Shown piece by piece: positions 22,539-32,000 of a stretch of DNA of 32,000 nt (position 1 is its first letter; every line of letters begins with the position of its first letter). The stretch lies in assembly GCF_900187275.1 (NCBI RefSeq), contig NZ_LT906458.1:1200001-1232000 (forward strand), in the 5' to 3' direction. The notes under the pieces are model-generated. The model made no database searches and was not told the origin of the DNA. It was given only the letters and a program-made list of their open reading frames with translations. The translations under genes and the position numbers were made by a program. The DNA comes from Pasteurella multocida. Its GTDB lineage: Bacteria; Pseudomonadota; Gammaproteobacteria; Enterobacterales; Pasteurellaceae.

Positions 22539-22572
22539 AAAGCGAATTTTTTACACAAAAATTCGCTTTTTT
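22539..22572. terminator. Bidirectional terminator between zinc-ribbon gene and artM
   Basis: AAAGCGAATTTTT tacac AAAAATTCGCTTT with T-run; sits between convergent genes. Confidence 0.85.
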
Positions 22573-22575
22573 CTG

Positions 22576-22584
22576 ACCGCACTT
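22576..22584 (-). repeat. DNA uptake signal sequence core
   Basis: ACCGCACTT, adjacent to terminator. Confidence 0.9.
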
Positions 22585-22592
22585 TTGGCTAA

Positions 22593-23276
22593 TTAGGCTT
22601 TTTCTACTTCAAGACGCTCAAAAGAGAGGACTTTACTTTCCAATTTACGTAATAGTAGGGTCGCAATAGCGGTAATGATTAAATAAATCATGCCGGCAAT
22701 CCCGTAAATTGTTAACGCATCATATTCTGTTCCATATAGCTGTCTGGCATACCCCATAATATCCATAATGGTGATCGTCGAGGCTAATGCTGTACCTTTA
22801 AACACGAGAATGATTTCATTGCTATAAGAAGGCAATGCTCTTTTTAGCGCATAAGGAATTAAAATTTTTAATGTTTCCATTCGCGTTAAACCCAATGCGG
22901 CACAACTTTCCCATTGTCCTTTGCTAATCGCTTTCACTGCACCATGAAACAGTAACGTCGAATAGGCTGCACTATTTAACGCCAATGTTAGCATCGCACA
23001 AAACCACGCATTCGATAACAATGGCCACAATGCACTGTCAACTAACCATTCAAACTGACCAGGACCGGCATAAATTAAGAAAAATTGCACTAATAATGGG
23101 GTGCCCGTAAACAAGGTTAAATAAGTGTGAATACCGCACTTGACTAGTTTATTGCCGATAGACAAGCCAAATGTCAGTAATAAAGCTAAAAAGAAAGCAA
23201 CAACAAGCGAAACAAAGGTTAATAACAAACTGGTGGGAATACCTTGTGCAATCACCATAAAATAGTCTTGAAACAT
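22593..23276 (-). CDS. artM: Arginine ABC transporter permease ArtM
   Basis: HisM/ArtM-type permease (GTPLLVQFFLIYAGPG, SAYSTLLFHGAVKAISKGQWESCAALGL); last gene of artPIQM order. Confidence 0.85.
   Translation of the reverse strand: MFQDYFMVIAQGIPTSLLLTFVSLVVAFFLALLLTFGLSIGNKLVKCGIHTYLTLFTGTPLLVQFFLIYAGPGQFEWLVDSALWPLLSNAWFCAMLTLALNSAAYSTLLFHGAVKAISKGQWESCAALGLTRMETLKILIPYALKRALPSYSNEIILVFKGTALASTITIMDIMGYARQLYGTEYDALTIYGIAGMIYLIITAIATLLLRKLESKVLSFERLEVEKA
23133..23141 (-). repeat. DNA uptake signal sequence core
   Basis: ACCGCACTT, in artM. Confidence 0.8.
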
Positions 23277-23947
23277 TATTCCACGCCTCTTTCAAAACGA
23301 GTAAAACGGAACTCTAACTTGCGAATAATAAATTGGCTGATTAAGGTGATTGTCAAATACAATAACGCTGCAATGCCATACCAAGTGAAAGGCTGATGAG
23401 TCACCGTATTCACTAACTCGGCTTGACGCATTAAATCTTCCACACCAATTAACGAAACCAATGCCGTATCTTTCAATAAGACTAACCATTGATTACTCAA
23501 TCCGGGCAAAGCATGGCGCCACACTTGCGGCATAATAATCTGTACAAAGGTATAACCACGACTCAACCCTAAAGCCGCCCCCGACTCCCATTGTCCCAAC
23601 GGAATGGCTTGAATGGCTCCCCGCAAAGACTGTGAGGCATAGGCTGCAAAAATAATTGACAGGGCAAACACACCACAACTAAAGGCACTAAATTGAATAA
23701 ATTCACCGGTGAGCATTTCCACGACTTCGGTCGAACCAAAGTAAATCAGTAAAACCACTAAAATTTCCGGTAAGCCACGTAGAAGGGTAACAAACACGGA
23801 GGTTGGTTTACGAATCCATTGCCACTTGCTGGTTTCTAATACCACAAAGATAATGGATAACATTAAACCAACAATTAACGAACAAACCGCTAACCCTAAG
23901 GTCATTAGGGTTGCGGTGTACATTAAAGAAAGATAATCAAAAAACAT
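23276..23947 (-). CDS. artQ: Arginine ABC transporter permease ArtQ
   Basis: Polar amino acid permease ([36 protein letters not shown]). Confidence 0.85.
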   Translation of the reverse strand: MFFDYLSLMYTATLMTLGLAVCSLIVGLMLSIIFVVLETSKWQWIRKPTSVFVTLLRGLPEILVVLLIYFGSTEVVEMLTGEFIQFSAFSCGVFALSIIFAAYASQSLRGAIQAIPLGQWESGAALGLSRGYTFVQIIMPQVWRHALPGLSNQWLVLLKDTALVSLIGVEDLMRQAELVNTVTHQPFTWYGIAALLYLTITLISQFIIRKLEFRFTRFERGVE

Positions 23948-23953
23948 AATCGA

Positions 23954-24676
23954 TTATTTCGTCATCCATTTATCATAAATTTTTTGGTATTCACCATTTG
24001 CTTTAATGGTGGCTAATCCTTTATTTAGGTCATCTAACAAGTCTTTACTCGCTTTATTGACTGCAATACCAAAACCGTTACCAAAGTATTTTTTATTCGT
24101 CACTTTGTCACCGACGAAAGCTAAACTTTGTTCTTTAGCAAGCATATCGACTAACACTGCAGTATCACCAAAAATCACATCAATACGTCCATTTTTTAAG
24201 TCAAGAATCGCATTTTGTAAACTGGCATAAGGTACAGGTTGATACTGTTTCGCTTCTGCGACGATATATTGCTGATAAGTAGTACCATTTTGCACACCCA
24301 CTTTTTTCGCTTGGGCTAAATCGTCCACTTTCCCTTTCACTGAAATAAAGCTAGAAGAGCTGTCATAGTAAGGATCGCTAAAACTCACTTGTTTCGCACG
24401 CGCTTCGGTAATATCAATCGCAGAGATTGCCGCATCAAAATGTTTAGAACGTAAACCGGTAATTAAACTATCAAAGGCTTGTCCTTTAAAATGACAAGTC
24501 GCTTGGATCTCTTTACAGATCGCATTCGCAATATCCACATCAAAACCAATAATCTCCCCTTTTTCATTCGTTAACTCAAAAGGTGGGTAACTTGGTTCCA
24601 TCGCAAAGGTGATCTCTTTTGCATTGGCAGCTAATGCCGTGCTGGCTAAAAGTGCGGTTAACAGTAGTTTTTTCAT
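23954..24676 (-). CDS. artI: Arginine ABC transporter substrate-binding protein
   Basis: Signal peptide [19 protein letters not shown]; SBP family 3 ([56 protein letters not shown]). Confidence 0.88.
   Translation of the reverse strand: MKKLLLTALLASTALAANAKEITFAMEPSYPPFELTNEKGEIIGFDVDIANAICKEIQATCHFKGQAFDSLITGLRSKHFDAAISAIDITEARAKQVSFSDPYYDSSSSFISVKGKVDDLAQAKKVGVQNGTTYQQYIVAEAKQYQPVPYASLQNAILDLKNGRIDVIFGDTAVLVDMLAKEQSLAFVGDKVTNKKYFGNGFGIAVNKASKDLLDDLNKGLATIKANGEYQKIYDKWMTK
24650..24658 (+). repeat. DNA uptake signal sequence core
   Basis: AAGTGCGGT, in artI signal-peptide region. Confidence 0.85.
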
Positions 24677-24692
24677 GTTGTGTCCTTATTTT

Positions 24693-25424
24693 TTAGTGTG
24701 ATAAATATTGTTTAAATTGTTCTGTTTTTGGGTTGGTAAAACAGCTCGCATCACCCATTTCAATAATATGACCTTGTTCCATGTACACCACTTTTGTGGC
24801 GACTTTTTTCGCAACGCCCACTTCATGCGTCACAATCACTTGCGTAATGCCCGTTTGCTGCAATTCTTTAATAATATCCACGACTTGTGCGGTAATTTCT
24901 GGATCTAAGGCAGCCGTTGGTTCATCAAACAGTAACACTTGCGGTTTCATCATTAAAGCACGAGCAATTGCGACACGTTGTTGTTGACCGCCTGACAAAT
25001 GAAGCGGAAAACGATCGGCAAATTGTGCTAAACGTAACCGTTTTAATAATTCTAACGCCTCAGATCTGGCTTGTTCGTCACTTAACTTAAGCACTTTCTT
25101 CGGGGCTTCAATTAAATTTTCAATTACCGTTAAATGTGGCCAAAGGTGATATTGCTGAAAAACCATACCGACATCTTGACGTAAACGGCAAATTTGTTTT
25201 GGATTGGTCTTCGCTTCAGACAAATCAAATTGACTGTTTGCGATAATCAGTTCACCCGATGCAGGCACTTCGAGTAAATTTAGGGTACGAATCAAAGTGC
25301 TTTTTCCAGCACCACTTGGTCCCAATAATACGACAGTGTCGCCTTCTTCTGCACTTAAATTAATGTCAAACAACGCTTGGGAAGAACCATAAAAAAAATT
25401 TAAATTTTTAACACGAATTGCCAT
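24693..25424 (-). CDS. artP: Arginine ABC transporter ATP-binding protein ArtP
   Basis: Walker [44 protein letters not shown]; head of artPIQM. Confidence 0.9.
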   Translation of the reverse strand: MAIRVKNLNFFYGSSQALFDINLSAEEGDTVVLLGPSGAGKSTLIRTLNLLEVPASGELIIANSQFDLSEAKTNPKQICRLRQDVGMVFQQYHLWPHLTVIENLIEAPKKVLKLSDEQARSEALELLKRLRLAQFADRFPLHLSGGQQQRVAIARALMMKPQVLLFDEPTAALDPEITAQVVDIIKELQQTGITQVIVTHEVGVAKKVATKVVYMEQGHIIEMGDASCFTNPKTEQFKQYLSH

Positions 25425-25472
25425 GGTTGAAAAAATCTCTTTTTTGCGAAAACTGAAATAATATTAATATTT

Positions 25473-25490
25473 ATTGCATAATTATGCAAA
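25473..25490. promoter_or_regulatory. Putative ArgR (ARG) box upstream of artP
   Basis: ATTGCATAATTATGCAAA, containing a perfect 16-bp palindrome TTGCATAATTATGCAA; close to ARG consensus TNTGAATAATTATTCANA. Confidence 0.45.
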
Positions 25491-25516
25491 TGTATTTTGA
25501 TAAAAAATACTTGCAT

Positions 25517-25551
25517 GAAAAAAGCCCTCGACCATCACTGATCAAGGACTT
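25517..25551 (-). terminator. Terminator downstream of gmhA
   Basis: Minus strand AAGTCCTTGATC-agtgat-GGTCGAGGGCTT then TTTT; 12-bp stem including three G-U pairs. Confidence 0.7.
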
Positions 25552-25571
25552 CATAAAAAAAGAAAAAACTG

Positions 25572-25580
25572 ACCGCACTT
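25572..25580 (-). repeat. DNA uptake signal sequence core
   Basis: ACCGCACTT, downstream of gmhA. Confidence 0.9.
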
Positions 25581-25599
25581 TCATGCGAGCCAACCTCGT

Positions 25600-26756
<1,157 letters not shown>

Positions 26757-26798
26757 TCTAATTTACCTTTTATATCGGGTTATAAAAGCGTATTCTAC

Positions 26799-26829
26799 AA
26801 AAAAAAGGCTGAAGTTTAAACCTTCAGCC
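26799..26829 (-). terminator. Rho-independent terminator
   Basis: Minus strand GGCTGAAG GTTTAAA CTTCAGCC TTTTTTTT: perfect 8-bp stem, 7-nt loop, T8. Confidence 0.85.
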
Positions 26830-26933
26830 CATAAATACCCTAACGAATTTACTTTCTACTCTACCTGTTTGGAGTATGACTCAGACTGAAAACGATCTAC
26901 TCTATCATTCCCACCTTTATCTCTAACAGATGT
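26799..26933 (-). ncRNA. Candidate Fur-regulated small RNA between pmbA and hpt
   Basis: Own promoter-like element TTGACA(26965-26960)-N16-TAAGAT(26943-26938), Fur-box-like 19-mer just upstream, no convincing ORF, ends in GGCTGAAG-gtttaaa-CTTCAGCC + T8. TSS estimated at about 26931-26933. Confidence 0.5.
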
Positions 26934-26937
26934 GGCT

Positions 26938-26965
26938 ATCTTAGCAAATTATCACCTCATGTCAA
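26938..26965 (-). promoter_or_regulatory. Sigma-70-type promoter for candidate sRNA
   Basis: TTGACA (6/6) - 16 nt - TAAGAT (4/6 of TATAAT). Confidence 0.55.
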
Positions 26966-26966
26966 T

Positions 26967-26985
26967 AGTAATTATTATCATTTGC
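26967..26985 (-). promoter_or_regulatory. Putative Fur box
   Basis: GCAAATGATAATAATTACT versus GATAATGATAATCATTATC: 14/19 by manual alignment, ends 1 nt upstream of TTGACA. Confidence 0.5.
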
Positions 26986-26990
26986 AAAAA

Positions 26991-28346
26991 TTAATTTCCA
27001 GACACTTTGAGATGCTCTAATAAAATTGATCCTGTTTGGATATTCGAGCGATGTTCAATATCATCACCAACGGCAACGATATTGCGTAACATCTCTTTCA
27101 ATTGACCCGCAATAGTAATTTCTGCCACAGGATATTGAATTTCGCCATTTTCTACCCAGAAACCAGCTGCACCACGTGAATAATCACCAGTAACTAAATT
27201 TACCCCTTGCCCCATTAAATCGGTTACCAGCAATCCGGTTCCCATCTGGCGTAATAAGGTGGTCAATCCGCCCGTGGTATTTGGCTTCACTAACCAGTTA
27301 TGAATGCCCCCAGCATGTCCCGTGCTTCGCATGCCTAATTTTTTCCCACTATAACTGGTCAACAAATAAGTTTGTAAAGTGCCTTGCTTAATAATTTCAC
27401 GACATTGAGTGCGCACGCCTTCACTATCAAAAGGCGAAGAGGCGAGTTGTCCGATTAAATGAGGTTGTTCACTAATGTGGAACCAATCGGGTAGCACTTG
27501 CTTCCCTAAATGATCTAACAGAAAACTTGATTTACGGTATAAGTTCCCCCCACTAATCGCGGCGGTTAAATGACTAATAAGCCCCGTTGCTACATCATTC
27601 AAAAAAATGACTGGAACTTGCTGGGTTGCCATTTTTTGTGGTTGTAAACGAGACAGGGTTTTCTTCGCACAATGCTCTCCTACCCAACTCGCACTTTCTA
27701 ACTGATTCAAGTCACGAGAAATCGTATATTCATAATCTCGTTCTAGCTGATCTTCTACACCAGCAATGACAGAACAAGATAACGAATAGCGACTGGATAA
27801 ATAACTTTGTAACATCCCGTGTGTATTTCCATAAACACGCACTCCAGTATGTGAATTAAACGCAGCACCTTCACTGTTGACAATACGTTTATCATAATTT
27901 AACGCCGCCTGCTCAGTTTCCAATGCTAATGCCGTCGCCTTTTCCACATCAATATCCGCTGCATGATAAAGGGCTAAATCAGGCGCATCAAATGCCATTA
28001 AGTCATAATCCGCCAATCCCGCACACTCATCTGGCGACGTATATTTGGCAATGGATATTGCCGCTTCGACAGTGTTTTTGATCGCCTCAGGGCTTAAATC
28101 CGACGTCGAAGCATTGCCTTTTTGATTTCCTAAATAAACCGAAATCCCTAACGCACCATCGTTAGTAAATTCGACATTTTCAATCTCTTGTAAACGGGTA
28201 GAAACGGACAATCCACTGACCTTTGTGACCGCCACTTCTGCAGTCGCTCCTGCTTTTTGTGCCATATCCACAGCATAATGCACTGCTTCACGCAATGTTT
28301 GCTCTTGTTGTTTCAAAAGTGCGGTCGATTTTTCTGTATTTTGCAT
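26991..28346 (-). CDS. pmbA: Metalloprotease PmbA/TldE
   Basis: PmbA/TldD family ([73 protein letters not shown]). Start MQNTEKS at 28346 with AAGGA upstream. Confidence 0.93.
   Translation of the reverse strand: MQNTEKSTALLKQQEQTLREAVHYAVDMAQKAGATAEVAVTKVSGLSVSTRLQEIENVEFTNDGALGISVYLGNQKGNASTSDLSPEAIKNTVEAAISIAKYTSPDECAGLADYDLMAFDAPDLALYHAADIDVEKATALALETEQAALNYDKRIVNSEGAAFNSHTGVRVYGNTHGMLQSYLSSRYSLSCSVIAGVEDQLERDYEYTISRDLNQLESASWVGEHCAKKTLSRLQPQKMATQQVPVIFLNDVATGLISHLTAAISGGNLYRKSSFLLDHLGKQVLPDWFHISEQPHLIGQLASSPFDSEGVRTQCREIIKQGTLQTYLLTSYSGKKLGMRSTGHAGGIHNWLVKPNTTGGLTTLLRQMGTGLLVTDLMGQGVNLVTGDYSRGAAGFWVENGEIQYPVAEITIAGQLKEMLRNIVAVGDDIEHRSNIQTGSILLEHLKVSGN
28317..28325 (+). repeat. DNA uptake signal sequence core
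   Basis: AAGTGCGGT, 5' end of pmbA. Confidence 0.85.
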
Positions 28347-28440
28347 ATTGATTCCTTCAAACAAATTTTGGGCATTTTATCCTATTTTAGATTTTCATGC
28401 TAAAATGTTCGCTTGTTTTTATGAGATGAAAGGAAAGAGT

Positions 28441-28983
28441 ATGGCAAAACGCGGCAAAAATAAAATTGAGTGGGACAATACTGACTGGGAACAAGAAGAA
28501 GAGGAAATCATTTGGGTCAGTAAAAGCGAAATTAAGCGCGATGCCGAAGCATTAAAAAAACTCGGTGAGAAACTGGTTGACCTCACCAAAGCAAAATTAG
28601 AAAAGATTCCGCTTGAAGAGAAGTTACTTGAGGCAATTGAACTTGCACAACGTTTACAAAAAGAAGCAAGACGTCGCCAATTACAATATATCGGCAAATT
28701 ACTTCGCAATATCGATGTTGAGCCGATCCAAGATGCCTTAGAAAAACTGGAAAATAAACATCAACAGCAACAAGCGATGTTACATAAGCTCGAAATGTTA
28801 CGTGATACCTTGATTGACACCCCTGAAGCAATCACGCAATTTCTTGAACAACATCCCGATGCGGATCGCCAACATTTACGTAATCTAGTTCGGGCAGCGC
28901 AAAAAGAAAAAGCACAAAATAAACCGCCTAAAGCTTACCGTGAAATTTTCCAATACTTAAAAGACTTCATGCTTGAAGACTAA
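28441..28983 (+). CDS. darP: Ribosome-associated protein DarP/YjgA family (DUF615)
   Basis: [60 protein letters not shown]...[25 protein letters not shown]; ATG at 28441 after AAAGGAAAG. Confidence 0.9.
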   Translation: MAKRGKNKIEWDNTDWEQEEEEIIWVSKSEIKRDAEALKKLGEKLVDLTKAKLEKIPLEEKLLEAIELAQRLQKEARRRQLQYIGKLLRNIDVEPIQDALEKLENKHQQQQAMLHKLEMLRDTLIDTPEAITQFLEQHPDADRQHLRNLVRAAQKEKAQNKPPKAYREIFQYLKDFMLED

Positions 28984-28998
28984 ATCTCCTCCACATGA

Positions 28999-29030
28999 AA
29001 AAAGGCGTGAGTTGAAACTCACGCCTTTTT
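28999..29030. terminator. Bidirectional rho-independent terminator between darP and hflC
   Basis: AAAAAAGGCGTGAGTTGAAACTCACGCCTTTTT; T-run on both strands, lies between convergent genes. Confidence 0.9.
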
Positions 29031-29040
29031 CTTTGCCCGC

Positions 29041-29928
29041 TTATTTCGTCGGTGCTTGCATGAAACGGAAGAAATCACTGTCCGGTTTCAAAATCATCAT
29101 ATTATCTGAATTCGCGAAACTGCTTTCATAGGCTTTTAAACTTCTTAAAAAACTATAGAACTGCGGCTCTTGTGAAAAGGCATCAGAAAATACTTTTGCG
29201 GCGGTCGCATCACCTGAACCTCGCAATTCTTGTGCAGTACGATTGGCATTTGCCAGAATAAGGGTCACTTTACGATCCACATCGGCTTGAATAAAGGCAG
29301 CTTTTTCACGACCTTGTGAACGATGTTCACGCGCGACCGCATCACGTTCTGCACGCATACGTTGATAAATCGATGAAGACACTTCATCAGGCAGGTTGAT
29401 TTGTTTGACACGCACATCCACTACTTCAATGCCTAATTCTGCTGTACTGTCCGGTCCCGTATTTAATGCTTTACGCGCACCCTCCATCAATTCACCACGT
29501 GTGCCTGATACAATGTCTTTAATGGTTCTCGACCCCGTTTCAGAACGTAAACGGTCATTGACTTTACGGCGTAATAAATTGGACGCTTGGGCATAATCGC
29601 CACCACCTGTCGCCGTATAAAAACGACCAAAATCACTAATACGCCATTTGACATAAGAATCCACAAGTAGATCTTTCTTCTCAACGGTCACAAAACGATC
29701 CGCTTGACCATCAAGCGTACGAATACGTGCATCTAAAATTTTGATCGAATCAATAAATGGAATTTTAAAATGTAAACCCGGATTATACACCACCACTTTA
29801 TTATCAGCATCACGATGGACTTTACTAAAACGCAACATAATGCCACGGGTCCCTTCTGAGACAATCACAATGCTGGAATATAAAATTGCAGCAATCACAA
29901 CGATGACAGGGGTTAAAAATTTACGCAT
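29041..29928 (-). CDS. hflC: Modulator of FtsH protease HflC
   Basis: SPFH/prohibitin family; VSEGTRGIMLRFSKV, MRAERDAVAREHRSQGREKAAFIQADVDRKV; paired with hflK. Confidence 0.94.
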   Translation of the reverse strand: MRKFLTPVIVVIAAILYSSIVIVSEGTRGIMLRFSKVHRDADNKVVVYNPGLHFKIPFIDSIKILDARIRTLDGQADRFVTVEKKDLLVDSYVKWRISDFGRFYTATGGGDYAQASNLLRRKVNDRLRSETGSRTIKDIVSGTRGELMEGARKALNTGPDSTAELGIEVVDVRVKQINLPDEVSSSIYQRMRAERDAVAREHRSQGREKAAFIQADVDRKVTLILANANRTAQELRGSGDATAAKVFSDAFSQEPQFYSFLRSLKAYESSFANSDNMMILKPDSDFFRFMQAPTK

Positions 29929-31175
29929 TAGTTAAATCTCCCTTGGCGAGTATTTTCTTGTCGTGTTGACGATGTTGATGTTTGTGTAGGCATCACGTTT
30001 GGTGTCTCGGCACGGAACACTGGACGCACTTCCTCTGAGGTCGCATTTGTTGACTTCCCTTTCGTTTGTTGTCCCTTCAAAATTTGCTCTAATGGCAACA
30101 CCGTCAAATTGTTTCCACTATTGCCATCCAACATCACTTTTGGTGTATTCGCCATCACTTTTTCCATGGTTTGAATATACAAACGTTCACGTAATAACTC
30201 CGGTGCCGCTTTAAACTCTGGCAGCAAACGTTCGAAACGTTCCACTTCCCCTTTGGCATCTAACACCACACGATCTTTATAGGCAGTCGCTTCTTCTAGA
30301 ATACGCTGTGCATCACCTCGCGCAATTGGCTCACGCTCACGTGCATAGGCTTCCGCCTCACGAATATAACGCTGTTCATCTTCTTGCGCTTTAATCGCAT
30401 CATCGAACGCATCTTTCACTTCTTCTGGTGGGCGCGCAGATTGGAAGTTCACGTCCACCACTTCGAGTCCCATATTATAAGGCTCAATAATTGTGTTTAA
30501 AGTTTTCCACGTGTTTTCACGCACCACTGAACGCCCCGTGGTTAAAATATCATCCATTGACATATGACCAATCACATAACGTAATGCACTGTCTGTGGCT
30601 TGATTTAAACTATCATCCGCATTAGTCACACTGAATAAATACTTGGCTGGATCATGAACACGATACTGCACCGTCATTTCTACCTTCACCATGTTTTCAT
30701 CTTGCGTTAACATTGAACCCTGTGTTCTTAACTCTTTCACTTGCTCAACGTTCACCGGAATCACGCGGTCAATAAAAGTCGGTTTCCAGTTTAAACCCGG
30801 TTGAACAATAGCGTGTAATTCACCAAAACGCATCACCACGCCACGTTCTGCTTCTTTGACAGTATAAAAACCGCTAACGCCCCAGACAATTGCACCAATC
30901 ACCGCTGCAATTGGCAATAATTTACCAAGATTTAACGATCCACCAGAATGCGAGTTATTGCGTTTACCGCCATTCCCTGAACCGCCTAATTTTTTCAGCA
31001 GATTATTAAAAATCTCTTCAATATCAGGTGGTGATTGCTCTTGATTGTTTTGCTTACGACCTGACTGGTTATCATTCCAATTCGGCTGACCGCCTTCATT
31101 ATCAGGACGCTGACTCTCAGGTTTTTTCTGTCCGGGTTTGCCCCAAGGATCTTGATCTGAACCGTTCAATGACAT
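29928..31175 (-). CDS. hflK: Modulator of FtsH protease HflK
   Basis: MSLNGSDQDPWGKPGQKK..., GFYTVKEAERGVVMRFGE, TLNTIIEPYNMGLEVVDVNFQSARPPEEVKDAFDDAIKAQEDEQRYIREAEAYA; ATG at 31175 with GGAG RBS (track start is 31187). Confidence 0.94.
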   Translation of the reverse strand: MSLNGSDQDPWGKPGQKKPESQRPDNEGGQPNWNDNQSGRKQNNQEQSPPDIEEIFNNLLKKLGGSGNGGKRNNSHSGGSLNLGKLLPIAAVIGAIVWGVSGFYTVKEAERGVVMRFGELHAIVQPGLNWKPTFIDRVIPVNVEQVKELRTQGSMLTQDENMVKVEMTVQYRVHDPAKYLFSVTNADDSLNQATDSALRYVIGHMSMDDILTTGRSVVRENTWKTLNTIIEPYNMGLEVVDVNFQSARPPEEVKDAFDDAIKAQEDEQRYIREAEAYAREREPIARGDAQRILEEATAYKDRVVLDAKGEVERFERLLPEFKAAPELLRERLYIQTMEKVMANTPKVMLDGNSGNNLTVLPLEQILKGQQTKGKSTNATSEEVRPVFRAETPNVMPTQTSTSSTRQENTRQGRFN

Positions 31176-31269
31176 TACGTTCTCCATTTGTCAAAAAATT
31201 GTTACTTGTTTAAACAAATTCCCACAGTCTAAACAAAATGTTGGATTAAGTCTAACGAAACTCGTTACT

Positions 31270-31297
31270 AAATGGGGATATTTTTTATGATTTAAAG
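31270..31297 (-). promoter_or_regulatory. Candidate sigma-32 (RpoH) promoter of hflK-hflC
   Basis: Minus strand CTTTAAA (31297-31291) - 13 nt - CCCCATTT (31277-31270), versus consensus CTTGAAA-N11-16-CCCCATnT. Confidence 0.55.
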
Positions 31298-31371
31298 TGC
31301 CGCCAATAAAAACGCACAATGGTCTCATTTTTACGGCTTACTACCTGACTTTTGTCCTATCGCTTTGTCGG

Positions 31372-32000
31372 TCATGTTTTTTCATTCACCTTATAATAAA
31401 TGGCGTCGTGTAAGGTGGTTTCCGCTAATATTCCCCTCTGCCAAGTAAAATAGTGCACATCTAAGCACTGTGTTTGGTTAATAAAAAAAGCCAAGTAAAA
31501 CGGCAAGCGGTGACTAAAGAGGAGTTGACCCGCAGGACAGTGTTGTGACTGAATTTGGCGTAACAAGGGATCATGTTGGACAGACGATAACTTTACAATC
31601 CCGACCCCTTGTGATTTCAGCACAGCTTCACGTAAGCACCAAGACAAATAAAAACTCTTTTCTTTCTCTTGCTGTTGAGCAAACCACGCTTGCTCTGAAG
31701 GTGAGGCAAAATAAGCCAACAACGCTGGATAATCGCGTTCTTTCTGCGGTGATTCAATATCAATCCCGACAATACTGTTTCCTTGCGTATTGACACGCAA
31801 AATGACGGCAACCCAATCGCCCGAATGGCTAATATTAAAATCGACATCGTGCACAGGTAACTGAGGGCGACCACTCTGGCTATAATCAATGTGCTTTAAA
31901 AGTGCGGTCGGTTTTTGTGAAATTTTCAGTAATTGCCATAACAAAAAATGCGCCACCCAACGACAACGATGCCGTTTCTGCACACGTTGATTGCTAGATT
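31372..32000 (-). CDS. 4'-phosphopantetheinyl transferase superfamily protein (5' end beyond window edge)
   Basis: [31 protein letters not shown]...[18 protein letters not shown] matches Sfp/AcpT motifs (VGIDIE, W..KEA-like). Reading frame is open through 32000 (...[21 protein letters not shown]), so the track's 31983 GTG is probably not the true start. Confidence 0.8.
   Translation of the reverse strand, partial: SSNQRVQKRHRCRWVAHFLLWQLLKISQKPTALLKHIDYSQSGRPQLPVHDVDFNISHSGDWVAVILRVNTQGNSIVGIDIESPQKERDYPALLAYFASPSEQAWFAQQQEKEKSFYLSWCLREAVLKSQGVGIVKLSSVQHDPLLRQIQSQHCPAGQLLFSHRLPFYLAFFINQTQCLDVHYFTWQRGILAETTLHDAIYYKVNEKT
31900..31908 (+). repeat. DNA uptake signal sequence core
   Basis: AAGTGCGGT, in the phosphopantetheinyl transferase gene. 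Confidence 0.85.

Noticed and set aside
26901-26921. Tiny ORF ATG-ATA-GAG-TAG inside the candidate sRNA, preceded by AAGGTGGGA
   Set aside because: Three codons only; SD-like sequence is too close to be convincing and could be chance. Kept only as a note for anyone studying the sRNA.
28419-28831. Minus-strand ORFs opposite darP
   Set aside because: Mirror of a real, highly charged protein-coding gene; hydrophobic/serine-rich shadow translations.
31206-31217. TTGTTTAAACAA palindrome in the hflK leader
   Set aside because: 12-bp AT-rich palindrome with no second copy or known regulator match; not enough evidence.
31275-31304. AAAGTGCCGCC resembling an uptake signal core
   Set aside because: Differs from AAGTGCGGT at more than one core position; it overlaps the sigma-32 -35 region instead.

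Overview
The window is ordinary core chromosome from a gamma-proteobacterium of the Pasteurellaceae. This is inferred from at least 19 copies of the AAGTGCGGT/ACCGCACTT DNA-uptake core and from the protein families present. Coordinates 1-16438 (minus strand) hold the division/cell-wall (dcw) cluster: mraZ-rsmH-ftsL-ftsI-murE-murF-mraY-murD-ftsW-murG-murC-ddl-ftsQ-ftsA-ftsZ, with ftsZ truncated by the window edge. Next come a CstA-family gene, a plus-strand FecBCDE-type iron(III)-chelate ABC transporter, a small zinc-ribbon membrane protein, artPIQM, gmhA, a hypoxanthine phosphoribosyltransferase, pmbA, darP/yjgA, hflK-hflC, and a phosphopantetheinyl transferase truncated by the window edge. 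I found no CRISPR array, transposon, prophage, toxin-antitoxin or defence system. The most interesting signals are intergenic. (1) A candidate Fur-controlled small RNA lies between pmbA and hpt: Fur-box-like 19-mer, TTGACA-N16-TAAGAT, about 130 nt, 8-bp stem plus T8 terminator. Its Fur box shares a 12-mer with the one at the fec promoter. (2) Three GTGGN repeats at exact 10-bp spacing lie upstream of mraZ and look like an MraZ operator. (3) A near-consensus sigma-32 promoter precedes hflK. (4) A CRP site precedes cstA. (5) An ArgR-like palindrome precedes artP. All regulatory calls are from manual reading and need computational and experimental checks.
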